Positions 62,341-64,000 of a DNA stretch of 64,000 nt are shown here, piece by piece (the first letter of the stretch is position 1; each line of letters opens with the position of its first letter). The position numbers were made by a program, and so were the translations under genes. The stretch spans positions 50,495,610-50,559,609 of the forward strand of contig NC_068995.1 of assembly GCF_001194135.2 (NCBI RefSeq), in the 5' to 3' direction. Source of the stretch: Octopus bimaculoides. Lineage: Eukaryota. The notes beneath the pieces are model-generated. The model was not told the DNA's origin, ran no database searches, and was given only the letters and a program-made list of their open reading frames with translations.

Positions 62341-62626
62341 GATGTATATATAAATTAAGTATTAATATATAATGAGAGAAAGAGAGAGAGAGAGGGAAGT
62401 ATTATAGGAAAGGTGATAAATTACCAATAGCTCCCCTTTAGCTTTTTTGTGTCACTGGAGGTAAAACACAAAACTAAAAAGCACAAGACAAATGTTTTCA
62501 CATTTTGCAATTGTGTAATAAAAAGCAGGAAGAATTTACTATTTAAGCAAGGCAAATTTGTATAAGTGAATGTAATTATGCATAGATATAGACATATACG
62601 TATGTAGATATATATTTGTGCCTAAC

Positions 62627-62820
62627 CATCATCACTAGATTCTTCTGTGCTGTCAGTGTCTTCCAGCTGAAGCCTGCACTTATCAGCTAACTTGCTGGGG
62701 ATGCTCTCCCGAGCCTGTCTCTCTTGCAATGTTTCAGCAAGCAGACAGGCTTCTTCCCAAGTAAGGATATGACTGGCATCATCGTCCAAGTCTTCCACAT
62801 CAGCATCATCTTCACTAGTC
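62627..62820 (-). CDS. MICAL: MICAL coding exon (first in window), acidic linker: TSEDDADVEDLDDDASHILTWEEACLLAETLQERQARESIPSKLADKCRLQLEDTDSTEESSDD
   Basis: Acceptor ataaag|G (AG at 62822-62821), donor G|gttagg (GT at 62626-62625). 194 nt, open frame, phase 1 matches the next exon. Confidence 0.85.
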
Positions 62821-64000
62821 CTTTATTCAGAGAAATAAAAGGAAAAATCATATATATTACAAACCAAAAAAAAAAAGAAAAAAACGTATAAATATATGCA
62901 TATACATACAAAATATAAATGAAGGAAATCATGCATAAATAATTATTTGTTTTCATTAAGACACAAGGCTAATTTTTGTAGTAGAGGGGCATGGTGAATT
63001 TTATAGAATAGACCAGTATATTACTGGTACATAATTTCAGCATCTTTTTTCAGTAAATAGAAACAAGATATCAATGTCATTCTTCTTTTGTCACTGGCAT
63101 CAATCAATCAAAGAAATACAGAAAAAACATCACAGAGATATATGGAAATATAAAGAAACACTGTAAAGATTGGTAAAAATGGAGAAGAGAAACAGTTTCT
63201 AAAGGGGCAAAAAAAACTGATCAATTTGGCTGAAAGAAAAGAATTATTTAAAACTGTAAATTTACTGAATTGTGATATTTTAGGTAAAAAAATTTTTCAG
63301 CACATCAATGATTCCCTTATAGATGACAATATTTAATGGGTATTAAGTCTAACATGGCAGCAAGTTTAACACCACCACCTATCTCTAGGGTACTTTTATT
63401 ACTTATTTCAAGCATTTGTAGGAGAAAAACCTTTGATTCTAAATCAGCCCATATTTTTCTGGCAGATATTCAGTCTGAAAGGATCCACAAAAATCATGGA
63501 GAGTATCCTATTCCCACCCCCAGATTTGCTTACAAGGAAAGAGAAATATGAAAACTGCTTAATAAAAGAGCAATTCATTAATGAAAATAAAAGTTAACAA
63601 AATTATATTATAAACAGAGAAACAATAAACAAAGCAAGAAATTTATTTAAATTCAGAAAAGGATGCAGTATTCTACCTATCAGAGAAGGATAGTCCTGGT
63701 TAGAAGAAGCTGAAATTGTACACCACCACAAATATATAAGTAGCTAGCGAATGTAGTGATCGCATGGATTGATGGATCATTAGTAAACAGCAGAGAATGG
63801 TAACCGAATAAAATAGTAAATGGTAGCAGTACAATGTATTGAAGAGGAGGAGTTGTTGGGCTTTGCTCAAATCAAAAGCATTCCAGCTGTGACCGTTCTG
63901 TCTTTCTATATACCTATGAAAATATGGTCCATGTCATTTCATTATTTATTTATTTATTTTTTTATGACAAGAGAATAAAATTTGAGGGATATTTGGATGT

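Noticed and set aside
62823-64000. Further MICAL exons, or monooxygenase/CH/LIM domains
   Set aside because: No open frame with a phase-2 donor and MICAL-like sequence was found; these exons lie outside the window.

Overview
AT-rich, microsatellite-dense animal genomic DNA with six assembly gaps. The SINE/MITE repertoire resembles Octopus/coleoid cephalopod repeats (recognised from memory, not searched). The window holds the 3' part of one minus-strand gene, a MICAL (MICAL3-like F-actin monooxygenase). I reconstructed ten coding exons by hand (62627-62820, 61671-61940, 54785-54965, 50430-54016, 48346-48410, 48009-48186, 17975-18071, 15774-15850, 6813-6927, 3401-3518). All introns are GT-AG with consistent phases, giving about 1,626 aa: a long disordered region with a 3,587-nt giant exon, then the C-terminal bMERB domain. 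The monooxygenase, CH and LIM exons must lie beyond 64000. Introns are filled with decayed LINEs (CR1-, RTE-, Jockey/CR1- and RLE-type), a pogo/Tigger transposase relic, TTAA- and TA-flanked MITEs and several SINE families. The most notable unexplained signal is three hammerhead-ribozyme motifs of the minimal Penelope/retrozyme type. One has an intact core at 58772-58814 (+), one lies on the MICAL sense strand just after the giant exon (49208-49265), and one is truncated inside a near-perfect 42-bp inverted repeat (9762-9868). Recurrent fold-back SINE pairs could form ADAR substrates, and several splice options could remove the autoinhibitory bMERB domain. No prokaryotic-type system (CRISPR, operon) is present.
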